64,000 nt of DNA, from contig NW_024704743.1 of NCBI RefSeq assembly GCF_018977255.1, positions 115,694,001 through 115,758,000 on the forward strand, in the 5' to 3' direction. The translations under genes were made by a program, and so were the position numbers. The stretch comes from Callorhinchus milii (taxonomy: Eukaryota). The notes under the pieces are model-generated. The model was not told where the DNA came from. It saw only the letters and a program-made list of their open reading frames with translations, and did no database searches. Below are positions 12,256 to 25,245 of this stretch, piece after piece (within the stretch, counting starts at the first letter, position 1; each line of letters opens with the position of its first letter).

Positions 12256-12629
12256 TTCACACACCCATTAGATTTTGTCACCATCTAGTTTAGATAGTAG
12301 GTGGTTGAGAATGGTGGCATCAACTGTTTGGTGGTCTCTGAGATGAGTAGCCTTTAGAATTTGCACTTGCCTCCACCTTTCCATCAGCTAGCTGTGAAAA
12401 GTGGTTACAAATGCCCTCCTGAGCTGAAAGGTGCTATGTAATTGTAAATTGTTGCTGTTATATATCATTTATAAACGCACACAAGCCAGAATCATTGGGG
12501 TCTAACATATTCAGATTGCTAACAGTAGTGATCTTGTATGCTAAATCTTTATGTCTAGAAGACGTGAAAAGCGCTATATCAAATGCAAGGATTATTATTA
12601 TTATATGGAAAATCCCTTTCTAAATATAG

Positions 12630-13068
12630 TCCTGCACTAGGATCCGTGACCCTACGACCCCCATCCTTGCCCATCGCCACTTGCTTCCCATCACACAGAG
12701 GATAGTTCAAGATGCTGGTCCTCACCCTCCGACTTCCTAACCCCCTACCATCCTGTTCGCTCCCTCCGCTCAGCGGACTCTGGCTTGCTTCACATCCCCC
12801 CCCCACTTGCTCGCCCCACTATCAGCGGGTGGGCCTTCCCCCACTCTGCACCCACCCTCTGGAACTCCATCCCGCAGTCCCTCCGCCTCGCCCTCTCCAC
12901 CTTCAAGACCCTCCTCTTCAACCGTGCTTTCGATATCCCTGCTTGCCCCCTGCCCTCCTCCATCCCCCACCCCGGCCCTCAGCTTGGATCTGAAATTCTG
13001 TCCAGCGCCTTGGGACATCCTCCCAACCTGAAAGGTGCTATATAAATGTCATTTTGTTGTTGTTGTTG
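12630..13068 (+). mobile_element. L2 LINE 3' fragment between AGO2 and CHRAC1
   Basis: SAPTLWNSIPQSLR motif and L2 tail. Confidence 0.85.
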
Positions 13069-13504
13069 GGGGGGGGGGGGGCGGGCGGAAAGAGTTTTGA
13101 ACAAAGGCAATGTTTAAATTCCTATTGATGCCTATTTTGCATTTTGCTGCAGTGCTTGCAATCTTCCAACATTACGTGCATTTGATATGGCAAGTTATCA
13201 TGTTATTGAGACGTCTCAAAGGATATACTGTAAAGTGAACTAAAGGGTGTTTTGTGGGTGTCATGCAGCAGCCAGTCGTGCACAGTAATGTCCCACACCT
13301 TGCATGTATCTTCGCCATTTTGTGTTGTTCGCCATGATTGGGGATCTCCTCCAATCATATTAAAACTTTATACCCAGTGTATGGGTAGAGATTCTTCCCA
13401 CCCAAAACTTAAAAAAGATACTTTTGCTATTTGCTCAATTGGTTGACTCTACATTCAAGTGATAGATTAGCAAATGAACTTCCGTAACACTAAACTTATT
13501 TTTG

Positions 13505-13510
13505 TTTATT
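13505..13510 (-). terminator. Candidate CHRAC1 polyadenylation signal
   Basis: TTTATT on + (AATAAA on -) about 590 nt downstream of the CHRAC1 stop. Confidence 0.55.
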
Positions 13511-14094
13511 TTTGTAAACATAGAAAAGTGTTCAAACAATATTTTAAAAATGCAAACTGGAGGACAGTCTAATCATTCACCCCCCTCTCTCCTGCACTAT
13601 TTTTTCTAAACTAAACCGCACTAAGTCCAACGGGACTCCTTTCATTAAGCTGAAAGATACATTAATGTGTTAATCCACAACCTTTAAATTACTGTAAAAC
13701 ATCTTGTGACATTTCCATTTAATTGTTGCTCAGTGCTTCTGAATGGCTCATATTGTGGAATACAAGAATCCAGGTTCCAATTTCTGAATGAGATCACAAA
13801 TATCTAATTCTGCGGGAACACGGATGTGTTTAGGCCGAAACTCCACTTGGACCCATTTCCCTTCACGGCTAAATTAAAACAGGCTCACAGCAGCTGAGCA
13901 AGTCAGTGGTATAACTGCAGGAGTCAGTATTTCTGAATCCCTGCAGGTTAGACCAATCTTTTGTGCTTGTTGATGCTTTCCCTCTCATTCTCCAAAATAG
14001 TCAAGCTGCCATGAGTCTTGCATTAAGCTAACAGACATTGTCTAGCCTTCAGTGGGATACTGGTACAGTGAAACAAGCACAGTAGTGATTGCTC

Positions 14095-14258
14095 TTAAGA
14101 TTCATTCTCATCTTCATCCTCATCCTGCTCATTGTTGTCATCTTCCTCCTCGTCATCTTCCTCGTCCCCATCCTCTTCGTCCCGATCGCCGCCACCTGCT
14201 CTCTCCTCCTCGAGCATCTTCAGGTATTCACTGGCCAAAATCTTCTTTGGTAAAATAT
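14095..14258 (-). CDS. CHRAC1: CHRAC1 exon 3 (DILPKKILASEYLKMLEEE + acidic tail, TAA)
   Basis: tttttacAG acceptor, 164 nt. The three exons sum to 480 nt = 159 aa + stop. DILPKKILAS and the D/E tail are CHRAC1 hallmarks. Confidence 0.93.
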
Positions 14259-15121
14259 CTGTAAAAAATAATCCCCACAACATTAAGCAGATTGAGAATT
14301 GCTTCAAATTGCGTCAAAGTGATTCCTATGTCTACAGTGATGGAGGTTTTGTTGCAACTAAGTTGAAAATGATGCAAAGAACACAGCTACCCAACCACTT
14401 AAGATGGCATCTGTAACAGGACGTCTCACATCGTGTAAAGCAGTAACTAAAAAGGTCTGGAGCCCTTGTTGCTCTTTGGTTGCTGGAGGAATAACTTATT
14501 TTTATAAAAATGTCACAAGATGTTTTACAGTAATTTAAAGGTTGTGGATTCAACATATATGTTGGGACTTTGAGCTCCAATGCACTACTGTAACATGGAG
14601 GCACTACAACAACAACAACAACAACAAGATTCCATTTATAGAGCGCCTTTCACGTCAGGAGGACGTCCTAAAATGTTGGAGGTGCTGACAATTGGATGAG
14701 ACATTAAACTATGGTCCAGTGATATTGCACTCGACAGCTATTACCGTAAAGTGCTCTGAAAAGATATAAATGTATTGGAGAGAGACAGGATAAGAGGCCC
14801 AGAGGCAAGAGTACTATAAACTGAGCCAAGCTTGATGGATGAATGAAGTAACCTCAGTCCACCCTCACAATTACGTTTTGAACAAAACCAGTGCAATTTC
14901 ATTTGACTTGATTTTAAGGAAAGATCATCCCTCTAGATTCGTGCTGAGCATTAGTTTTTTTTTAAAGGCAGACAGGAAACAACAACTTGCATTTATATAG
15001 CGCCCCTCAGTCTGGGTAGCATCGCAGAGCGCTTAAAGAGCTACCCTGGAAACCTCTTGTTCCTCCTCCCTCCACCCCCCTTTACTGGTGTTCAACAGTT
15101 TACAAACTCAGAGATACCAAC

Positions 15122-15245
15122 CAGCCAGAAACTGAAACGTTTCAGAGTTCTCAACACAATCCGCGAGGTCGTTGTAGGTCAGTTCCTTTTTATCCTTCTT
15201 GCTGCTCTTGTAGGCATACAGGGCAAGGTACTGCACAAATTGCTC
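15122..15245 (-). CDS. CHRAC1: CHRAC1 exon 2 (EQFVQYLALYAYKSSKKDKKELTYNDLADCVENSETFQFLA)
   Basis: ttttgcAG acceptor, G|GTTGGT donor, 124 nt; histone-fold core. Confidence 0.93.
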
Positions 15246-15764
15246 CTGCAAAACGACCACGAAATGGATTTGCAAAGTACCAAACCTTGCGCAAAATTTT
15301 TCGCTGCTTAGAGAATTCAGATATCCTGGCGTCCTGCTCAACTTTTCCTTCATCAATTTTTTGGGACGCCGATTCGAAGCCGTACTCCTTATGATTTAAT
15401 TTGCACTGCGTTACATTTTACTTTAAGGCGATCAAACCCCGGTGTGGTTAATTGCCCTGTGGGTGAGCCACTATCTTTCATATTCCAGGCCTAACGTCTG
15501 AAAGGTGTGTACAGTACTATGGTGCTGCCTGGACTGCATCGGCAATACATTCCTCGCAAAACAAATACATTGGGTCAAGTTGCTCATCAATTGCGCATAA
15601 CGCACTATTTTTTCCACTGACCCATTGCGAAGTTAATATCTACCCGTATTGCGCCCCAAATACATTATAATGGGTCACCCTGTACTGATGCTGCTGAGTT
15701 AGGGTCCGCCAGCCTCCAGGTCACACCAAGACTGCTTTCCTGGATAAGGAAAAGGGAGAGCGAG

Positions 15765-15875
15765 AGCTGGGAACACTCAGCAGGTCAGGCGGCATCTACG
15801 GAGAAAGGAAAGCGAGTCACCGTTTGGGGGGAGGGGTGGGGGGGGGGGGGTCCCCACGACCCTTCGTCAGAACCT
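15765..15875 (-). mobile_element. Penelope-like pLTR fragment in CHRAC1 intron 1
   Basis: Reverse complement reads gttctgacgaagggtcgtg...aaacggtgactcgctttcctttctccgtagatgccgcctgacctgctgagtgttcccagc. Confidence 0.7.
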
Positions 15876-16800
15876 TCTGGGGGCGGTGGCGGGAGAGGGG
15901 TTCGGAGGGACTGTGGGATGGAGTTCCAGGAGGGTGAGGGGCAGAGAGGCTCAAGGCTCGGCCGCCCGACCGTGAGGCGGTCCGGAGCCCGGTGTGGGGG
16001 GGGGGTGGGGGGCGGTTTGGTTGAGGGGTGATGTTGCGGTGTTAGGTGTTGGGGAGGCGCGAGGCCACGGTGGGCTTTGAAGGTGAGGACCACCAGCCCC
16101 TCCCCCCCCAGATCCCCTCTGCGTCCCTATTACCTGCAGATCCCCTCTATAATCCTCCCCTCATCCACATGGGGCCCCTTCTGTCATATACCCCTCATAT
16201 CCCCCCCCACCCCCGCCCCCCCCCCTACCACTCACCGTGGCTTTGGCGGTCAGGAAGAGCGCGTCCTGGTTGATGCTGGAGACGTCGGGGCAGCTCTTCA
16301 TGATGAGTTTGACTCGGGACAGGGGGAGGGAGGAGAGGGCGCGGGGGGGGCTGGGCCCGGGGGCGGCGCGCGGCGGGAAGCGCAGGCCCTCGCGCCGCTT
16401 CACAACCGCCACCGGCGCCGCCGCCATCTTAGCGGAGCAGCGCCGTCACACACACACCCACACACACACAGAGGGGGAGGGAGGGAGGGAGGGCGGCCTC
16501 ACACTCCCCGCCCCCGGGGGAGGGGGGTTGGGCGGCTTCCCGCCCGGTCGCGCGTGCGGTGACTTGTCCTGTGGCCTCCGGCGGGGATCGGGCGCCACCG
16601 TCCCCGCGCTTCGAGCCCAAACCCCCGCGCAACCCGGTGCGCGCGAGGCGGAGTGGGCCCCCGTCCCGCAGTCCCCTCCGCCGCCGCCCCTCCTTCGAGG
16701 CCCTGTCTGGAGACTCTCCATCTCCCCCCCCGGGTCCGACACTCTGTCCAGCGCCTTGGGACGTCCCCTCCTCCTCCTCCGACGTGAAAGGCGCTTTACA
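15780..16800. promoter_or_regulatory. CpG island / CHRAC1 promoter
   Basis: Very GC- and CpG-rich. YY1-type GCCGCCATCTT overlaps the ATG (16420-16430), GC box CCCCGCCCC at 16506-16514, E2F-like TTCCCGCC at 16537-16544. Confidence 0.8.
16236..16427 (-). CDS. CHRAC1: Chromatin accessibility complex protein 1, exon 1 (MAAAPVAVVK...SLPLSRVKLIMKSCPDVSSINQDALFLTAKAT)
   Basis: AAGATGG Kozak start, ACG|GTGAGT donor, 192 nt. Histone-fold helix 1 motif LPLSRVKLIMKS. AGO2-CHRAC1 convergent synteny as in other vertebrates. Confidence 0.93.
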
Positions 16801-16814
16801 AATGTAATTTTGTT

Positions 16815-17140
16815 GGGTGTGTGGGGGTGCGTGGGCGGGGTGGGGGGATGTGTGTGGGGGTGCGTGTGTATGTATGTGTGGGGGGGTGAGGGTGTGTGTG
16901 GGGGGGGTGGGGGGGTGAGGGTGTGTGTGTGGGGTGAGGGTGTGTGTGTGAGGGTGCGTGTGTGTGTATGTATGTGGTGGGGGGGGTGAGGGTGTGTGTG
17001 GGGGGGGTGAGGGTGTGTGTGTGGGGGGGTGAGGGTGTGTGTGGGGGAGGGGGGTGAGGGTGTGTGTGGGGGGGTGTATGTGGGGATGCGTGTGTGTGTG
17101 TGGGGGGGGTGTGAGTGTGTGGGGGGGGGGAGGTGAGTGT
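16815..17140. repeat. (GT)n / G-run low-complexity tract with GGGGGGTGAGGGTGTGTG units
   Basis: Directly visible; G-quadruplex/Z-DNA-prone. Confidence 0.9.
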
Positions 17141-17847
17141 TGTGTCCGCCCCACACGTCATTTGATTTTCTTAACACCGTTTCAAAAGCACTAAACCCTA
17201 CACCGGCCCCTCTGCTACGCACAGTGATATCGGGCGAGCGCTTGGTGAACTCTGGGCTTCAAATGTATTTTAATGGGCATCATCATCAACAACAACAACT
17301 TATATTTGGAAAGCGTCCATCACACCGGGAGGCCGTCCCAAGGCGCTGGACAGTCAAAGATCTGGACCTGAGCAGGAGGGGTGGAGGTCAGGGAGGGTAG
17401 GGGCAGGCGGGTGGCCGAAGGCGCGGTCAAAGAGTTCTTTACCAATGTAAAGAACAGTTTTATTTGGGGATTGTTGGCCACGACACCAGGAGCAACTTAT
17501 CGGTTGCAGTAGTAAGTACCATAGAATCTTTAATATCTACCTGAACAGATGCAACTTCAGTTTAATAGTTCATCCAAATTATGGCACCTATGACGATGCC
17601 GCGAACCCCACCAGTACATTCGAGTGTCAGCCTAGACTGTGTGAATTCAAACCCACCACCTTGATTATTAATTATTAACAATATGTATGTAGTTAATAAT
17701 CCATCCTTTTCATTGTTACATATTTAAGGACACCTGTAAATGTTTCTGTGTATGTTTGTACATGGTTTACACATCTGGATTTCGTTACTCAAATTTCCTC
17801 ACTCCACACGCACGCTGTTAATAATCCCTCAAGAAAAAAACAATAAT

Positions 17848-18167
17848 AACAATAATAATAATAATCCTTGCATTTGATATAGCGCTTTTCACGTCGGGAG
17901 GACGTCCCAAAGCGCTTCACAGGACACACTGTAAAGTGAATTGACTGTATATTTGTGGGCGAACGCGGCAGCCAATTGCGCACAGCAATGTCCCACAAAC
18001 AGTCGTAGATTGAAAATGACCAATTTATTATTTTTTTTGTTTTTTGGAGGGATTATTATTAGGTGTGTGGAGTAAGGAAACTTGCCCAAGGTTTGGCCCT
18101 GCCTGGAATTGAACTCCGGTCTCTCATTTGCAAAGCGAGTGCTCTAACCACTGAGCCACAGGACTCC
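17848..18167 (-). mobile_element. Young tRNA(Ala)-derived SINE, full length, short subfamily
   Basis: Head GGAGTCCTGTGGCTCAGTGGTTAGAGCACTCGCTTTGCAA with A/B boxes; L2-like tail ending (TTA)n. Confidence 0.9.
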
Positions 18168-19994
18168 GAATAATTTGGTCACTTCAATCCACGACTGTGA
18201 GACACTACTGTGTGCAGTTGGCTGCCGCGTTTCGTCCACAAATATACAGTCGATTCACTTTACAGTATATTCTGTGAAACACTTTGAGATGTCTCGAAGA
18301 TGTGAAAATGCACTATATCAAATGCAAAGGTTATTATATTACACATCTGGATGTCAGCTTGGCTCAGAGTCAGAAGTTATGGTGCAGTCCATAATTCTTT
18401 TCCTTCTGATATAAACCCTATAAATGTTGAAATGTCTTGCAGTGCTTCAAATTGCTTTTTGTTGGTTCCAGTCATTTTGCACATAGCAAATTCCCACACG
18501 AGCTATGAGCAATTTATGTGAAGGATTACTGACCTGAATAGCGAGAGAAACTTCTTTTTGCCACTCACGTGCTGGCATCTTTAATATTCATCCGAAAATT
18601 GCCAGACCAAATTTGAGTTAACAGAGATTAACTCTGTCCATCAGAGGGTGCTAGACTCATAATAATGATACGGGTTACACTGCAGAGAAAACAAATACAT
18701 CTGTGATAAACATGTTAAAGAACATCAATTACCTCTGGGAACCTTGAACTGTGGAGTATTATATGTGTTGATTTTTGATGGGATTGCTTCATTCTTGAAA
18801 GGAGAAATTGCAGAGGATACCTTATGGAGGCGTGTAATAATAATATAATATTTTAAAGGAGATTGGAGGTACCTCTTGACAATGCAGCACTTGGAATGTC
18901 AACCTAGACTTTGAGATCAAGTCCTAATGTGTGGCTTAAATGCGCCACTTTCTGATCTGTGAGAATGCTACCAACTGAACGAGACCGACACCTGTTGTAA
19001 TAATTCTGTAACATCTCAAGTCAAAGTCACACAGGGCTCTGTTAGCTTTAATGGACATGTCAATGTGCAAAAATCAAATCAAAACATTTGTTTCAGGAAG
19101 AAAAGTGAAACAAAATACTGTATGTATAGTGTAAATAAAATAATGTAGTAAATGATTAAATTCACTGTGACTTAACATAATTCACTTTAAACTCATTGCC
19201 CGTGCATTTTCTTGTCAATCTCTTCTGAAAAAGATATTGATATTGGATGAAAATTGCAACTTGTAATGGGTTAACACATCTTTTATCACATCTTAGCCAA
19301 TTGATGCCTTAATTGATTGATTGGTCTGCAGATATGAACCTTGCCTTTACTGACCTGTCACAATGTCTGAGCCCAAAGCTGATGGTGGAGTACATTGCAC
19401 TCACAGTGGTGGTCATTGCACTCAGAGGTGGTCATATCTGCAGATCAGTCAATAAATTAAACATCAACTGCCTAATTTTTCATTGGTGTTATTTAATATC
19501 AGTGTTAATTAACACTTCACAGATTACAGTTTTCACCATATAATTTTATGTCATCCCCGTGGTATGCCCCCTATTAATCATTGTCTGAAAATAGTGTCCG
19601 ATCTTATTCTTTAGAGAATTACAGAAATTACAGCGCTTTGACTCACAGAGTTTATACGTTGTTAGTTTGTACACTGGAACAATATGTTTTTCTTTAAATA
19701 CTTGTCGAATGATGTTATGGTCTTAGCTTCAACGGCCACTATTGGCAAAGCATTTTGTGTTCAAATAAATCTTGGCTTAAAACTATTTATTTTAACCTCC
19801 CCTTAAGTTTTCCAATGACAATTCTGATCTACTACTTGTTACCAATTCATGAACCAGTGAGAATAATCTTTTACTATTGATCCTTACAAAACCTATAATA
19901 ATTTTGAACATCTCTGTTAGAAAGTGCTCCGAGACGCTACACCATGTAAAGGGTTATATATAAATGCAAGTTGTTGGATCACATCTTAACAAGA

Positions 19995-20840
19995 ACAACA
20001 ACAAAATTACATTTGTAAAGTGCCTTTCATGTTGGGAGGACGTCCCATGATGCTGAACAGTCGGGGATCAGGACTCGAGTGTGAGGATGCAGGGTTGGGA
20101 TGAGTGGGGGCAGAGAAGTAGGAGTGCGGCTGAACGGTTGAAAAAGAGGATCTTGAGTGTGCCTTGAAAGAGGCGAGAGAGCGAGGTGAAGGGATTGTGG
20201 GATGGGTAGGGGCAGAGAGGCTCTAAAGCTGATGGTAGGGTGGGTTGGGCGGGAGACATGGAGCAGGCCAGAGCCTGCTGAATGGAGGAAGCGGACAGGA
20301 TGATGGGGGATCAGCATGTTAGAGAGGTAGGAGGGGGCAAGGCTGTGAAGATCCTTGAAAGTGAGGACGAGGATTTTGAATTCTATCCTCTGAGGGATGG
20401 GAGCCAGTGGAGCCAGGCGAGGGGGGAGGTGATGGGGTCACGGAGACTGATACGGGAAAGGACACGAGCTGCAGAGTTCTGGATGATCTGCAGCTTGTGG
20501 AGGGAAGAGTTGGGGAGGCCGACAAGGAGGGAGCTTCCGTAGTCGAGCCTTGAGGTGACAAATGCGTGTATGAGGGTTTCGGTGGCCTGATGGGTGAGGC
20601 CGTGGCGGAGTTTGGCAATGTTGCGGAGGTGGGGGGGAAGGCAGAGCAGGTCATGGCATGGATATGGGGGGAGAAAGGACAGTTGAGGGTCGAACAAGAC
20701 GTCCAGGTTCCTGACTGGCTTGGTGAGGTGAAGTGTGCATCCATGGATGCTGATGCGCCAGTGCCTGAGGTGCGGAGGCACTGGCGTGAACCAATCAGGA
20801 GGGCCTCGGTCCTGCTGACATTCAGTTGTAGAAAATTGGA
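19995..20840 (-). mobile_element. L2 LINE 3' fragment
   Basis: VRNLDVLFDPQLSF, HAFVTSRLDYGSS, LHWLP; same tail. Confidence 0.9.
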
Positions 20841-22871
20841 TCTCTGTTCCAAATCTTTCAAGCCTATCTTCATAAATATAATCCTCATCCCTAGTGTTTT
20901 ACTGTGCCATGCAATTTTAGTTGTTGATCAGAGGTCTCCTGACTGTATGTTAACTGTAATTTAATGTACAGAAATGATATTAAATCGGCTCAATCATATT
21001 GACCAAGGTTTTAAGTCCGCAGATTAGTATCACCAGGACACTAGACTAATTTAAAAAGCAGCTTGATGCAGCGATGAGGGGATGGAAGACGGTAGATGTT
21101 CTGGAGGGATGAATTGAAGGGCTTCCTTCATCTGGACCAATCTTGTGATATTGAGACATATTAATACTAATCCTTGCCATTGATATAGTACCTTATCATA
21201 AAATCAAAATCCAAACACTTTACAGAATTTAGTGCAGAGTGTAGTGATTGTATTTGTAGGCAAATGCGGTAGAGTGGGGTTGGGGAAAAGGCAGCTCAAT
21301 GGGACTAAATGAATAGCTTCAGAGAGTCAGCAATGGCTGATTTCCCTTCTGTCATTTTTTATGGTTCCATGGTCATCTTCAAATAGTGTCAAGTATGGTT
21401 AACCTGAAATATTGCAAATGTTTTTGCATTTGTCTATGCATTATGTATGAGATAAAATGACAAACTTCCTCCACTGGATGGTGGCAGTTGGACTTGAATG
21501 CTCTTGAATAGCAGCCACAGTCCAGCAATGGTAGAGGGAGGCAGAGATAGATACCAGGTTTTAAATGCTCTCTGTGTGGTTTCTATAGAAAGGACCCAAA
21601 GCCTCAAACTATGATGCATTTTTTTCTTCCAGCTGTCAGCTTGGCAAAGCTAGCAATTTCGTCTGTAAATGATAATAATAATACTTGCATTTGATATAGT
21701 GCCTTATGTCTTTGAGACATCTCAAAGCGCTTCATACAAAATACTGTAAAGTGAATTAACTGTATACTTTGCGGGTGAAACAAAGATTTCAGATGGGATC
21801 AGAAGGTTGAAGGTTTAATCTTGTCAGACATAGATTTCAATGGGATGAGTTTAGCTGGTTCAAATCTAGAAGTACCCAAACACTCACTATCTTGTCCCCA
21901 ACCCTTAGCTCTTACCAACCTGCATTGAATACTCTCTGGAATTAGGAAAGCAGGTTACGTTCTTCCTGGGAGGGAGCATGCATTCCATTCCAAGGAAAAT
22001 TTTTATGTGTATGTGACCAACATATGTGGAATACTCAGTCTGGTTTGGATACTCTTAAGCATGGTGATAGGTTTACACCCTCTAACAAGACAACTCCAAA
22101 GCACGTTTCACTTGCACAACTCCAAAGCACGTTTCACTTGCACTTGGATATTTTTAATATAATACTAATAATCCTTACATTTGATATAGTACTTCACGTC
22201 ATCAAGACATCTCACAGTGCATCACATGATATACTATAAAATGATGTGACTATTTGTATTAAAGGGCAAATTATAAATTTGAGACGAAAACTTGATTGTT
22301 GTTTCCTCTGCCTGTGTCCCTTCAAAGTCACAGTTCCTTCTCAGACAAGAAATGTTCTCACTTAATTTATTAATGTTTTTAATCTTTCAATATTGTATTT
22401 GAAAAATGGAAAGTAAAGTTGAAATAAAGGGGAAGTATACCACGTTCGTCAATCCTACTGAAGGGATCCCTGCTTCAAAAATAAATTAAAATGGAGGGGT
22501 CCATCCTATGAGTTGGCATCACGAGTTTCCAGATTTCTAAATTGAGAAAGTGATTAAGAAATATTGCAAAATTGACCCCACGGTTTTCTCAAACACAGCC
22601 TGCATGGTAGAGAAATGATATGGCAAGAATCCATCCCCTATAATGTGTTCAGGTAACTTTACAACCAGGATGCTATATAATACAAATAGAAATTTGGTTG
22701 TTTGCAGCCAGTTGCCATCTGGGAGCTCTGGAATGTCGCAGAGACATTAATATCTTGCTCAGTAATTGTTTTCACTTCCTGTACGTGCACAATCATTTCT
22801 GGTGCGTATCTGATGCCTGTGTCCTTAATAATAATCATCCTTGCATTTAATATAGCATCTTTTCACATCTT

Positions 22872-23236
22872 CGCCTGCCAAGCGAGAGACGACCTGGGTT
22901 CATTTCCCGGGCAGAATGAAACGCTGGGCAAGTTTTCTTACTCCACACGCCTCTGTTTACCTAGAAATAGGTAGGAACCCGGCTGTTAGTCGATTGGCAG
23001 ATTGCTTTCTGGGGGTAATAATTCCTTCAAAACAATAAATACATTTTAAAAAATAATGATAATTTAGTCACTCAATCTACAACTGTTTATGGGACACTGT
23101 TGTGCGCAATTGGATGCCGCGTTTTATCTACAAAATACACAGTCAATTCACTTTACAGTAAATTCTTTGAAGCGCTTTGAGACGTCCTTGAAGACGTGAC
23201 AAGGCACTATATCAAATGCAAGGATTATTTATTATT
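22872..23236 (+). mobile_element. tRNA-derived SINE, long subfamily
   Basis: Partial head, cctctgtttacctag...cccggctgttagtcgattgg internal segment, L2-like tail. Confidence 0.85.
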
Positions 23237-24952
23237 AAACACATCACCATGCTTAAAAGTATGTAAACTAAATTGAGAGTTCTATGCATCCCACCTAGAC
23301 ATGGAAATTCCTGAGATATTTATTGGAATGGAATTCACATTCTCTCCCTGGAGGAGTGCATCCTGCTTATCTATTCTGGAGAGAATTAGGCACAGGTTAG
23401 CAAGAGCAAAGGCTTAGGGACACCAGAGTGTTTGATGGGGTACTGCTGGAGTCTATATTAATCGGTGAAAGGCACATAGGTTGCCATTGAAAGCCCTGTC
23501 TGGCAAGCTTTCCTGCAGCTTGTCCAGCCAGGACAACTCTACCCTTAGGGCTTTGGCTTGCAGTATTAACAGATGCTGAGTGGAAAGAATCCTTGGTCTG
23601 TCCTTCGAAATCCTGCTGATGAGCCAGGGTGGCTGAGTGTCATCAGCAACGCCCTGGAGTAATGCGGAACCCTAGATCCCATGACACTATTAGAAAAGAA
23701 AAAAAAATTCTTCTGGTGTTCTGGACAACATTCCTGCAGATAGTTCACATCATGGCTGTTTGTGGGACTTTGGTCTACACAAAATGTCTGCTGCACTTGC
23801 CTATAAATACCCAGTCACTACACTTGATGGCAATTTACTGTGAAGACTTCTGAGACGTTTTAATGTTATTAGCGCACTAGATCAAAGGGACCATATTGAT
23901 TGACTGCAGTTCAGTGGATGGATTTCATTTTCTTTCTATACGAACTGCACAGTTATCTTTGCTTTTATAACAATACCTTCATCAACACTCTGACTCCAAA
24001 TCCATTTGGCTCAGGAAATAAATCTTGACAGGCACGCATTTCCTGAGCAACAATTTCCTAGTCTTAATAAATATCTGGAAGGCAGAAAGTCCTTTAAATG
24101 ACAAAATGTGTCCCTGAGGCACGGAAGTAAATGACCAAAATAGATATTCTCCACAGCAGTCGAGCAATGTGAAAAAAAATCCTTGTTAAATTACTGCTCT
24201 GTTCAAGAAAATTACAGCCCTTATCAAATATATTGGGCAGTTGTAAGCTTGTCATTACACTTGCCTTCAAAAAGTATTCTTTCTATTTCACCAAAGTCAG
24301 TCTTCCAATGAGTCTAGTTGGCAAGAAGTGGTTACTATAGGCTCCAGTACGCGTGCACACACATATACACACACCTCTGCAAACATGTATTCATGCTCAC
24401 ACACATACATCTGTAAGTACGGTATATAAATTACAAACATACACACTTCTGTGCATGCACACATGCATACATAAGTGCACAGAAATGTAAGTACGCACAT
24501 ACCAGAAAATAAAGGCTGAGTATTTCACACTGTTTCTCTTTATAAAGTGGATTTTATATCAGAAGGTGTGCTGTAACCACTTATTATTGTTTTACTATTG
24601 AATCCATGTAATTGATAAGTTTTCTAATAAAGTTCTAGACAGTTTATAATCTTCTATTGTTATTATTGTTATAAGTTCTGTAGAATGATATAACTGTCCA
24701 CACAGATATATGCATCATCTCATTAAATTATTCATTACTCTCAAATATTAATCTATATTGAGGGATATGCTTTCATACCTTTATAAATATATCGTTACTG
24801 TTAAGCCCCTTTCCATTCACTTGTCCTCAAGCTTCCTGAGAACCATCTGCTCATGTTTTCTCTCTGTATTTGTTCTTAGGATATATGTAATTGCCCGTCA
24901 ATCCCTAGTAAGAATCTTTAATGCCAAATAACGGATCATTGTTAGTAATATA

Positions 24953-25245
24953 TAATAATAATAAAATAATAATAATAATCCTTGCATTTGATATAGCGCT
25001 TTTCACGTCTTCTCAAGGTCTCAAAGCGCTTCACAGAATAGACTGTAAAGTGAATTGACCGTATATTTGTGGGCGAAACACGGCAGCCAATTGCGCACAG
25101 CAGTGTCCCACAAAAAGCCGTGGATTGAAAATGACCAATTTATTATTGTTTTGGAGGGATTATTATTAGGCATATGGAGTAAGGAAATTTCCTCAAGGTT
25201 TCGCCCTGCCTGGAATTGACCCATGTGTCTCGCTTGCAAAGCGAG
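24953..25245 (-). mobile_element. tRNA-derived SINE, short subfamily
   Basis: Same consensus. Confidence 0.87.

Noticed and set aside
16077..17222. Long ORFs of 160-258 aa on both strands around the CHRAC1 promoter
   Set aside because: Produced by GC-rich and (GT)n low-complexity sequence or antisense to CHRAC1 exon 1.
18095..18167. tRNA-Ala(TGC) gene (also 51480-51550, 51609-51640)
   Set aside because: No paired acceptor stem, and it continues into a SINE body; it is a SINE head.
23614..23649. CTGATGA-containing hairpin as a hammerhead
   Set aside because: No GAAA box after the stem; it is the 5' stem of the unclassified repeat.
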